44,776 bases of DNA, from the sequence record NC_073075. One strand, written 5' to 3'. The position numbers were made by a program, and so were the translations under genes. Below are positions 17,386 through 25,734 of the stretch, piece by piece. Every line of letters starts with the position of its first letter. Position 1 is the first letter of the stretch. The notes below the pieces were generated by a model. It made no database searches. It was not told where the DNA came from and was given only the letters and a program-made list of their open reading frames with translations. This DNA is from Escherichia phage ZCEC10.

Positions 17386-17979
17386 GTGGCTGAAGTCTAC
17401 TCATTCGCCGCCACTATTGCTACGTGGGTGGATAAGACGAAGGAGAACAACGATAAGGCGGTGCGGGCGTACGGGATGCAAATACTCGGACGCCTTATTG
17501 AGATCTCCCCGGTGGGCGACCCCCGCCGGTGGAAAATTAACAGGGCTTACGCGCTGGCCCGCCAGCACGCGAACAAGGTGAACGCCGCGCAGCGTCGCAA
17601 GAATGGTGGCAAACTGAAGCGCGGGCAGAAAAAGCACGCCAGCGTGCTGGTATCATTCAAGACTAAAAACGGCAACGTCACGTTCCGCCAGCGTGGCTGG
17701 GCTGCGAAGAATTACACCGGCGGACGCTTCCGGGGAAACTGGCAGGTTACGTTCGACCGACCGGCGGTTGGCGCTATAGACCGCGTGGACAAGGCCGGAA
17801 CGGCAACATTAGCCGCTGGGCGTGAAGTGCTGGCGCATTACGATTCAAGTGAATACGGGTCGATCTGGTTTACTAACAACGTGCCATACGCGCAGCGACT
17901 TGAGTATGGCTGGAGTAAACAAGCGCCCGCGGGGATTGTTCGCGTCGTAGCGGCAGAAATTAATTCGAAGGTGAAATAA
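17386..17979 (+). CDS. Neck/tail component
   Basis: 197 aa in the neck gene block; GTG start likely. Confidence 0.5.
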   Translation: MAEVYSFAATIATWVDKTKENNDKAVRAYGMQILGRLIEISPVGDPRRWKINRAYALARQHANKVNAAQRRKNGGKLKRGQKKHASVLVSFKTKNGNVTFRQRGWAAKNYTGGRFRGNWQVTFDRPAVGAIDRVDKAGTATLAAGREVLAHYDSSEYGSIWFTNNVPYAQRLEYGWSKQAPAGIVRVVAAEINSKVK

Positions 17980-18401
17980 TGAGCAATACCGCAATCCGCA
18001 AAGCGCTTAACAGCGTGGTTGATGAGTTATCGGCAAGCCTGAGCACAAGCCAGCGTCCGATTAGGGTTAACTGGGAGAACGTGAGCGGCGACCACGCAAA
18101 CGGCAGCGGTGTCTACCTGGAGCCGTACCTGCTACCGGCCCCGACCCAGTTTGTGGGCTTACAGCAGAAGGGCCGGATCTATGCTGGCGTATATCAGGTT
18201 GCCGTGGTGTTTCCGGCTGGCACTGGCACACAGTACGCGAGCGAACTGGCGGACGCCATCGCTACGTCGGATAAGTGGCTGGCGGTGAAGATTTCCGGCG
18301 CGTCATTTCAGCTTCAGGACGCGCCATACACCAGTTCAGTGATTGAAGACGTTGATCGCGCCCGCATTGTGGTTACAGTCCCCTACACCTGTTGCGCCTG
18401 A
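17979..18401 (+). CDS. Tail completion / terminator protein
   Basis: 140 aa directly upstream of major tail protein. Confidence 0.5.
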   Translation: MSNTAIRKALNSVVDELSASLSTSQRPIRVNWENVSGDHANGSGVYLEPYLLPAPTQFVGLQQKGRIYAGVYQVAVVFPAGTGTQYASELADAIATSDKWLAVKISGASFQLQDAPYTSSVIEDVDRARIVVTVPYTCCA

Positions 18402-18461
18402 TTTGGCGCATTTCTGCGCGTGCTGTATCATTAATCCGTATATCTAAACAGGAGCTTCATT

Positions 18462-19187
18462 ATGGGTTATCAACTTCCTAACGGGTCCAGCGTCCAGATT
18501 GGGTCCGTACTGGGTAGCGGCATCGCTGTTACGGCGGCTACCAACGCCGCAGCGTCGATCTCCGACCTTACGCAAGGTTGCGTAATTACCTGTGCGGCTT
18601 CGCATGGTCTGGTTGTTGGCGACGTTGTTATGTTCACTAAAACCCCGTGGGTCCGAGCGCTTAACCGCGCATTCATCGTGGGTAAAGTGGACACCAACAA
18701 CGTTACGCTGGCGCGCTTCGACACCGAAGACGTCACAAAATACCCGACCGGCGCTTTCAGCGTAGGCACTCCGGGCGAAGTGGTGAAGGTGTCGGGCTTT
18801 ATCGACTTCCCTTTCATTACTAACGTTGCCGTGTCTGGTGGCGACCAGCAGACGACTACCTTCCAGCCGTTGCAGGTGAACACCGCAATCAGTCTGAACA
18901 CCACGAAAAACCCGTTGGTACAGACTTACACTTTCACCCACGACGAAGAAGACCCGATCCGCCCAATCCTGGAAGACCTGGACGACACACAGAAAACCAC
19001 TGTGATTAAGTTCACGAACCCAGCGGCAGCAAGCGGCAAAGGTGAAATCCGTATTTACCCTGCTAAGGTATCTTTCCAGAAGATTCCGTCCGCTGAAGTA
19101 AACAACGTGGAAACAGTACAATCCACTCTGACCATGCAGTCTGATATGGTTATCTACCGTAAGGATCTGGTCGAGGCATTGTCTTGA
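18462..19187 (+). CDS. Major tail (tube) protein
   Basis: 241 aa; AGGAG RBS; followed by strong terminator and the chaperone frameshift pair. Confidence 0.7.
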   Translation: MGYQLPNGSSVQIGSVLGSGIAVTAATNAAASISDLTQGCVITCAASHGLVVGDVVMFTKTPWVRALNRAFIVGKVDTNNVTLARFDTEDVTKYPTGAFSVGTPGEVVKVSGFIDFPFITNVAVSGGDQQTTTFQPLQVNTAISLNTTKNPLVQTYTFTHDEEDPIRPILEDLDDTQKTTVIKFTNPAAASGKGEIRIYPAKVSFQKIPSAEVNNVETVQSTLTMQSDMVIYRKDLVEALS

Positions 19188-19217
19188 TTTGGTCGCTTAA
19201 ATAGCGAGTGATAATAT

Positions 19218-19244
19218 GGGGCCAGCACGGCCCCTTTTTTTTTT
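19218..19244 (+). terminator. Rho-independent terminator after major tail gene
   Basis: Stem ggggcc/ggcccc followed by T10. Confidence 0.75.
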
Positions 19245-19260
19245 ATTGGAGAATATTACA

Positions 19261-19623
19261 ATGGCTAAAGCACCACTCTTCACACTTGACCCTAAGCCAA
19301 CCTTTAAGCTGCCGATTGAGATTCCGCGCCCTGGTGAGAACGAACCCGGCAAGATGACGTTTACCGTCCGTCACCGCCCGATCGACGAATTTTCGCAAAC
19401 CATGCAGGACACCGAACGGAAGTTGTCGGAATATGACGACAATGACCCGGACGGATTTAACGTTATGGTCGAGGCCATCATGCACGTCGCTGAAGGCTGG
19501 AATCTGCCGGACGAATTTAACGCAGAGAACGTCCGCCGCCTGGTGGTCAACTACCCACGCGCGTTCGGTGTGTTCCACACGTCGTACTATCTCGAGCTGA
19601 TGGGGTTGCGTGAAAAAAACTAA
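19261..19623 (+). CDS. Tail assembly chaperone (G-like)
   Basis: 120 aa between major tail and tape measure genes; ends at slippery AAAAAAC. Confidence 0.7.
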   Translation: MAKAPLFTLDPKPTFKLPIEIPRPGENEPGKMTFTVRHRPIDEFSQTMQDTERKLSEYDDNDPDGFNVMVEAIMHVAEGWNLPDEFNAENVRRLVVNYPRAFGVFHTSYYLELMGLREKN

Positions 19624-19937
19624 TTGAGGCGGCGCGACGCTTTTATGGCCCGCCGCCACCCTCCGAAGATTTAGCCGCAAGTTTATGGGGAGCGGCCCCC
19701 GAAGATGTTTGTCCGCCTGTTGCGCTATGGCCCGACAACGCGAAGGTAGTCGCAGTCTTCACAGATTGCTCCACGCAATGGCGCACCGGATTTGGTGGCG
19801 CATACGGCATCGACTACGGCGTGCTGGCGTGGTTATTTAAGATGCACGGTATCGAAAACGAGCAGCGAGCGTTTAAAGATATCAAGCTAATGGAACGAAT
19901 CGCGCTTGATGAGATGGCGCAGCAGAACCCCGCATAA
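19261..19937 (+). CDS. Tail assembly chaperone GT-like fusion made by programmed -1 frameshift at 19614..19620
   Basis: Slippery heptamer A_AAA_AAC immediately before the G stop; the -1 frame is open for 105 more codons to TAA at 19935..19937 with no ATG start of its own. Confidence 0.6.
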
Positions 19938-19943
19938 TGAAGC

Positions 19944-19973
19944 GGGACAAAGCGGGACGTCCCGCTTTGTCCC
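19944..19973. repeat. Perfect 30-bp palindrome GGGACAAAGCGGGAC|GTCCCGCTTTGTCCC
   Basis: Arms are exact reverse complements with no loop; built from the same GCGGGACA unit as the iteron repeats. Confidence 0.8.
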
Positions 19974-20083
19974 TACCTGTAAAACCGCATATCTAATCAC
20001 TATTATTGCATAAACTCAAAGCGGGACAGGCGGGGCGTCCCGTTTTGTCCCACCCCGAAATGTGCATACCTATTCGAATTTCG

Positions 20084-20253
20084 TGCATAAAGTAAGCGGG
20101 ACAGAAAGCGGGACAGCCAAGGGGCGGGACAAAGCGGGACAGCACCCCGTCCCCGCCAGTGCTGCCGCGGGTTTTAGCCGATCGGGACAGCGGGACAGCA
20201 CCCCAGTCTTTCAGACTAGACGGGGGGTCAACGGCCCCCCTCGTCTGAGACTG
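20084..20253. repeat. Iteron-rich GC repeat R2, paralogous to 2934..3110
   Basis: Same unit order and terminal hairpin as R1. Confidence 0.8.
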
Positions 20254-20320
20254 AATAAGGATTGTTTTAAAATCGCTGATACAATGTCAATCGGCAACTG
20301 CATAAAAAGGGGACTGCATA

Positions 20321-22963
20321 ATGGCAGATCAAGCGGCAGGCATCACGCTGAAGGCTGATGTTGCACAAATCAGAACGGCAAATACTGTGCTGGACTCCTT
20401 CGCACAGAAATCCGAGAACACAGAAAACAAGGTTAAGAAATTAAACGACACCCTCGGCAAATCCAAAAAGGTTACTGGCGACGCCGCGGGCGGAATGGAG
20501 AAGCTGGCGACTGAATCGCAGCGCGCCGCCGATGGCATGACGAAACAAGAGCGACTTGCCAACAGGTTAGGCATGTCGACCAAAAACCTGGGCTTTGCCT
20601 CGCGTAACGCCGCATTCCAGTTACAGGATATCGCAGTTACGCTTGAGATGGGGATGCCGGTACACCGCGTTATGCTTCAGCAGCTACCACAGCTAACCGG
20701 CGCATTTGGCGGACTGGGTAACACGCTGCGTTATGTTGCAGGCTTCCTCGGCCCAGTAGGGATCGGACTTGCTGCCGTAACGGCGACGTTAGGCGTGGGC
20801 GTGGCAATTACGTCACGGGCAGAGAACCAGGTAGCCGCGCTTAATAAGACGCTGGCGCTGTCCGGTAATATCTCCGGCCTCACAGCTAACCAGATCCTGG
20901 TGCTGTCCGAGAACGCTGAGCGCATGGGCGGGTCATTTCGCAAGACGCGTGACACAATCCAGGCGCTGGCGGCGGCGGGTGTGAAAGCGGGTGGTGACTT
21001 CGGCGCATTGGCTAAGGTAGTTAATGACTTTGCGAAGGTGTCCAGCCAGCCGATCGAGGATGTGGTAGCGGCGGTGGCGAAGCTGTCAACCGACCCCGTT
21101 GGCGGACTGCGTGCGCTGGCGGATAAGTATCACGTCGTAAACGAAGCGCAGATCCAGCAGGTACAGTCGCTCGTTGATGCGGGTCGTGAGACAGACGCAG
21201 TTGCGTTGGCTAACAAAACAGCCGCTGCGTCGTTCACCAGCATGACCAATGAGATCAAGGCGAACATGGGTACGCTTGAGCGGTCGATGAACGTCGTCAC
21301 ATCGGCAGCCAAATCGATGTGGGACGCTATCCTGGATGTGGGTCGCGCGCAGTCCTCCAATGAATCCGAGATGAAAGCGCGCGAATCACTGCAGCGGCTG
21401 ACCACGGCTTACTATGCCGAGATGAAAGCGGTAAACGCTGCCGGTGGGGTAATGACTGAAGCGCAGAAAGCACGTATTAACATGCTTTACAGCGAACTGG
21501 TCGCCCAGGAAAAAGTGGTGGCGTCGCTCACCCTGCGTAACCGTGCTGAGCGAGACAACGCCCGCGCCGCAGACGAATCCGCAAAGGCGAACGAGGAGGC
21601 CAACCGCACTGCCCGTGACCGCGCCGCGTTCGAGAAGGAATACGCCACCAACGCTAAGAAGCGCGCCGACGAGATCGCCCGCCTCAATTTGCTGAATAAG
21701 CGCGGCGTTATTGATGAGAAAGAACTAGCCGAGGCGGTGAAGCAGGTTAACAAGCGCTACAAAGACCCGGCACCGAAGAAGGCTGCGGCTGTTCGCGTGG
21801 ATGCTGGTATGAAAATGCTGGAAGTCGCACGGAGCGAACTGGCCCAGCTTCGAGAATCCGGCAAGCAGATCGAAGCCAACGCATCGACGCAGACCCGCAC
21901 GCAACGCGCTCAAGCGGCCTTAAACAAGCTGATCGCGGATAATGAGCAGTTAATCGCCGCAAGCAAAGAAAGGGCGCTAACGGCAGCCGAAAAGCAGCAG
22001 ATGGTCGAATTCGGACGCGTGAAGGAAGTGCGCGAGCAGATCGTCGAAGAAGCCAAATTGCTGGACGCGAAAGAGAAGCAGGTCAAGGCGCACGCGCAGA
22101 TCGATGCCTTCGTTAAGAACCAGAACGCCGAACTAAAAGCCACCGCCGCGGGTTATGCGCTTTCCACTCGCGAAGCGGCAAACCTGCGTGAAGAATTGCA
22201 GCTAATTGACCGCTTGAAGCGGGTTGGCGCTAACGATACCGATATTGACAAGGCGGTGTCTAAGCTGCGCGAAGTGCAGGAGGCACAGACCGGCGCTAAC
22301 GCCTCGCTATGGGATGGCTTCAGCCGCGGGCTTAAGGATAGCGTGGATGATATGGGTAACGGATATACGCAGATGGCGTCGCTCACAAAATTCACGTTCA
22401 GCGCTATGCAAGACACGATGAACGAGTTTTTCGAGACGGGCAAGCTGAACGCAAAGGATATGGTTAAGTCCATCCTTAGCGAATTAATAAAGCTGGCTAC
22501 CTCGCAGGCATTCAAGTCCATCGTTAGCGCTTTCGGCGGTGACGGCGGCAAAAACGGATTGTTCGGCGCTATCTTCTCTGGCCTCACTAAGAATGCGGAC
22601 GGCGGAGCGTACGCAGGAGGCAATCTCGCGGCCTATTCGGGGAAAGTGGTAAGCCAGCCTACCTTTTTCAGTTATGGCGTCCAGGCGTTCGCTAAGGGCG
22701 CCGGGTTGATGGGTGAGGCCGGACCTGAGGCCATCATGCCGCTGAAGCGCGGGCCAGACGGTAAACTTGGCGTTGCCGCGTCGGGCGCAGGCGGTGGTAT
22801 GGTCGTGACGACTAACGTTTACACGGGGGCCGGTAAAACAGATACCAGTGTCAGTGGGCCAGACCCACGTACCGCGCAGGCGTTCGGGAAGCAAATCACC
22901 GAGGCGGTCAAGGCCGAGATCGTGAAGGCGACGAAACCGGGTGGTGTACTTTACAAACGATGA
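20321..22963 (+). CDS. Tail tape measure protein
   Basis: 880 aa, Ala/Glu/Lys-rich coiled coil, Gly-rich C-terminus, located after the chaperone pair. Confidence 0.85.
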   Translation: MADQAAGITLKADVAQIRTANTVLDSFAQKSENTENKVKKLNDTLGKSKKVTGDAAGGMEKLATESQRAADGMTKQERLANRLGMSTKNLGFASRNAAFQLQDIAVTLEMGMPVHRVMLQQLPQLTGAFGGLGNTLRYVAGFLGPVGIGLAAVTATLGVGVAITSRAENQVAALNKTLALSGNISGLTANQILVLSENAERMGGSFRKTRDTIQALAAAGVKAGGDFGALAKVVNDFAKVSSQPIEDVVAAVAKLSTDPVGGLRALADKYHVVNEAQIQQVQSLVDAGRETDAVALANKTAAASFTSMTNEIKANMGTLERSMNVVTSAAKSMWDAILDVGRAQSSNESEMKARESLQRLTTAYYAEMKAVNAAGGVMTEAQKARINMLYSELVAQEKVVASLTLRNRAERDNARAADESAKANEEANRTARDRAAFEKEYATNAKKRADEIARLNLLNKRGVIDEKELAEAVKQVNKRYKDPAPKKAAAVRVDAGMKMLEVARSELAQLRESGKQIEANASTQTRTQRAQAALNKLIADNEQLIAASKERALTAAEKQQMVEFGRVKEVREQIVEEAKLLDAKEKQVKAHAQIDAFVKNQNAELKATAAGYALSTREAANLREELQLIDRLKRVGANDTDIDKAVSKLREVQEAQTGANASLWDGFSRGLKDSVDDMGNGYTQMASLTKFTFSAMQDTMNEFFETGKLNAKDMVKSILSELIKLATSQAFKSIVSAFGGDGGKNGLFGAIFSGLTKNADGGAYAGGNLAAYSGKVVSQPTFFSYGVQAFAKGAGLMGEAGPEAIMPLKRGPDGKLGVAASGAGGGMVVTTNVYTGAGKTDTSVSGPDPRTAQAFGKQITEAVKAEIVKATKPGGVLYKR

Positions 22964-22970
22964 TAAAATG

Positions 22971-22998
22971 GCCCTCACTACAGCGTGGGGGCTTTTTT
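22971..22998 (+). terminator. Putative terminator/attenuator between tape measure and tail tip genes
   Basis: Stem gccctcac/gtgggggc (1 mismatch) followed by TTTTTT. Confidence 0.4.
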
Positions 22999-23598
22999 AT
23001 GTCACAAGGTACAATCACACTAACGAAAGGAAGTAAGACCGTCACGGGCGCGGGAACGGCGTTCTTGAGCGAGGTCGGGAAGGTACGCGTATTCGCCCGC
23101 ATCGACGGCAACGACTACACCGGCAAAATCGCGGCATTCAACTCTAACACCGTCATCACCCTGGCGGATAACTGGGCCGGACCGACAAAAGCCGGTGTGG
23201 CTTATGAGCTAATCGAAGCGCACGACCCGCGGTCAAACGAATGGCCATATTACTGGCACATGCAGTTGCAGGGCGGCGGTGACGTGCAGCTGGCTTTCCG
23301 GTCCGAGGAATTGCAATTCGGTAACGGTTACGGTCAGAACATCGCGGACGGCCCGAACGCCGAAACGAAACAGTTCCCCGTGCAATTCATCGGACTGACT
23401 ACTGACAAGTGGTGTGACCCTAAACTGGTTTACAACTTCCTTCGCGGGCACTTCGTCAAACCGTTTGTTGTCACCGCGCCGGATGGCGAAACAGGTTTGT
23501 TCGTGGTCGAGCGTTCGAGCTTGTCGTACACTGACAACGGGCACTACACGGCAACGGTGTCCGCCACCCTTAAGACAGCTATCGGATTCGTAAGATGA
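22999..23598 (+). CDS. Minor tail protein (lambda M-like); alternative coupled start at 22960
   Basis: 199 aa at the head of an M-L-K-I-J-like gene order. Confidence 0.7.
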   Translation: MSQGTITLTKGSKTVTGAGTAFLSEVGKVRVFARIDGNDYTGKIAAFNSNTVITLADNWAGPTKAGVAYELIEAHDPRSNEWPYYWHMQLQGGGDVQLAFRSEELQFGNGYGQNIADGPNAETKQFPVQFIGLTTDKWCDPKLVYNFLRGHFVKPFVVTAPDGETGLFVVERSSLSYTDNGHYTATVSATLKTAIGFVR

Positions 23599-24383
23599 AT
23601 AAACTATATCGCGAGGCGACGCGCTTTGACCCATCGGGACGCGTTCGCCTGATTCACATTGACGCGCAGGACGTGGAGCCGGGCGACGGCGCGATCGGCG
23701 CGGGTCATCACTATTTTCACTATTGCTTTATCCCGCACACTGCCGAAGATATTGCCGCTGCGGGTGGCGACGAGGACAAGCTAAAACCTAAATCCATCTT
23801 CTTCGGCGGGCAGGAGTTCGAATTCTGGCCCTTCGATCTGTCCGGCCTTAACTTCTCCACATCAACGGCAGCAGAACCGCAGCTAACAATCGTCGATATT
23901 GGCGGCATAATAACCCGGCTGTCGCTGAATCACGACCAGCTACTGGGCGCGAAGGTTGAGATCATTGATACGTTCGCGAAGTTCCTTGATAACGGGTCGG
24001 ATCCAGACCCGACGCAAAAACGTGTCCAGGAGTATTACATCGACTCACAGGTTGGTCGCAATCCTGGCAAGCAAATCACCTTCGCATTATCCTCACCCGC
24101 GGATATGGAGGGGCAAGTAGTTCCCCGCCGCCAAATCATGAATATGTGCGAATGGGCGTTAAATGGGAAGTACGCCAGCGGGGACGGGTGTACCTGGAAC
24201 CTTGCGAAGCCAGGTATCAAGTATTACGACGAGCGGGGTAATGAAGTCATCGCGATGAACATGGACCGATGCGGCGGCTGTTTGTCCGACTGTTATCTTA
24301 GATTTGGGCAAGGGCTTGCGGACCCTAAAGCGGCGGTGCTGGACTTCGGCGGTTTTCCGGGGTCCAGATTAATTAAGGGGTAG
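23595..24383 (+). CDS. Minor tail protein (lambda L-like)
   Basis: 262 aa; conserved Cys/His cluster (HYFHYCF...CGGCLSDC). Confidence 0.75.
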   Translation: MNKLYREATRFDPSGRVRLIHIDAQDVEPGDGAIGAGHHYFHYCFIPHTAEDIAAAGGDEDKLKPKSIFFGGQEFEFWPFDLSGLNFSTSTAAEPQLTIVDIGGIITRLSLNHDQLLGAKVEIIDTFAKFLDNGSDPDPTQKRVQEYYIDSQVGRNPGKQITFALSSPADMEGQVVPRRQIMNMCEWALNGKYASGDGCTWNLAKPGIKYYDERGNEVIAMNMDRCGGCLSDCYLRFGQGLADPKAAVLDFGGFPGSRLIKG

Positions 24384-24385
24384 TC

Positions 24386-25126
24386 ATGTTAACGAAGAAG
24401 GTTAAAAGCGATATCGCCGCACACGTCGCGGCATGTCTTCCGGAAGAAGCCTGCGGCCTGGTTGTCATGGTGGGCCGTAAGCAAGTATTCGTCCCGTGCG
24501 TTAACGTATTCGAAGACCCTACCGGTGCGCGCTCGCGTAAGGACGCGTTTACAATCAGTGATACGGCCTGGATGGATGCGGAGGATATGGGCGACGTCGT
24601 GCGTGTAGTCCACTCGCACCCAGGTCAGCGAGAGCTAACCCCGTCGTTGGGCGACGTTAACGGATGCAACGGCAGCGGCGTCGTCTGGACCATAACTAAC
24701 GAATATGGCGACTTTATCGAGATCGACCCGGAAGACCCGCCACTGGTAGGTCGCCGATTTGTTCTCGGAATTACGGATTGTTACGGCCTCGTCATGGACT
24801 GGCACAAAAAGCAGGGAGTAAGACTGCCTGACTTCCGCGTGCCGTATAACTGGTGGGAGACAGGCGAGAATCTGTATATGGATAATTGGTACGGCGCGGG
24901 CTTCAGGGAGTGTGAGGAAAATACGCCGGGGGCAATGGTAATTATGCAAATCAGCGCGCCAGTACCTAACCATGCCGGGATATTCCTTCCGGGCAACCAA
25001 CTACTACACCATATCTACGGCAGTCTGTCGAGTGTGATACCCTTCCGGTCAGGATTTTTCCGGGACAATGTGGTTAAATGGGTACGTCATAAAGACCTAC
25101 CGGGGAATATAACAGAATGGCAATGA
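24386..25126 (+). CDS. Tail assembly protein (lambda K-like; MPN/JAMM plus NlpC/P60 domains)
   Basis: 246 aa; HSHPG metalloprotease-like motif and Cys-His pair (ITDCYGLVMDWH). Confidence 0.8.
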   Translation: MLTKKVKSDIAAHVAACLPEEACGLVVMVGRKQVFVPCVNVFEDPTGARSRKDAFTISDTAWMDAEDMGDVVRVVHSHPGQRELTPSLGDVNGCNGSGVVWTITNEYGDFIEIDPEDPPLVGRRFVLGITDCYGLVMDWHKKQGVRLPDFRVPYNWWETGENLYMDNWYGAGFRECEENTPGAMVIMQISAPVPNHAGIFLPGNQLLHHIYGSLSSVIPFRSGFFRDNVVKWVRHKDLPGNITEWQ

Positions 25127-25734
25127 CCACATTTAAATTATACGGCGTTTTAGGACGTCGATTCGGTAAAGTGCATAAGCTGGACTGCTTCACTCCGGGC
25201 GAGGGTATCACCGGCCTGTGCGTGAAGTTACCCGGCTTACAGGACTTTCTAATGTCGGCACACCTGGACAATATGATGTTCAAGGTGCGCAAAGGCGACC
25301 ACACGATGACCAGCTATGATGAGCTGGGAGAGTTCCACGGCAACCGCGTCGTTACCATCGCGCCAGTTATGACTGGCGCAAAAAGGGGATTGGGACAATT
25401 GCTGGCTGGTGTCGCGATTGTGGTGGCGTCGTTCTATACGGGCGGACTTGCTACTGCCGCTTTCGGGGCTTCGGCGGCAACCGCTGCCGCAATCGGGACG
25501 GCGACGTTTTCGTTCGGCATGTCGCTTGCGCTGGGCGGTGCTATGCAATTGCTGTCCCCACAGCCAAAAGGATTGCAGACCCGGCAGGACGTGGATAACA
25601 AAGCGTCGTACGCGTTCGGCGGGCCAGTGAATACAACCGCGCAAGGCACGGCACTTGGTGTATTATGGGGCGAGCGTGAGATCGGCGGCGCTATTATTTC
25701 AGCCGGAATCGTAACCGAGGACTTAAACGAATGA
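25117..25734 (+). CDS. Tail assembly protein (lambda I-like)
   Basis: 205 aa, N-terminal ubiquitin-like segment and Gly/Ala-rich hydrophobic C-terminus. Confidence 0.7.
   Translation: MAMTTFKLYGVLGRRFGKVHKLDCFTPGEGITGLCVKLPGLQDFLMSAHLDNMMFKVRKGDHTMTSYDELGEFHGNRVVTIAPVMTGAKRGLGQLLAGVAIVVASFYTGGLATAAFGASAATAAAIGTATFSFGMSLALGGAMQLLSPQPKGLQTRQDVDNKASYAFGGPVNTTAQGTALGVLWGEREIGGAIISAGIVTEDLNE

Noticed and set aside
18444-19121. 225-aa minus-strand ORF opposite the major tail protein gene
   Set aside because: Antisense shadow within a conserved structural gene block.
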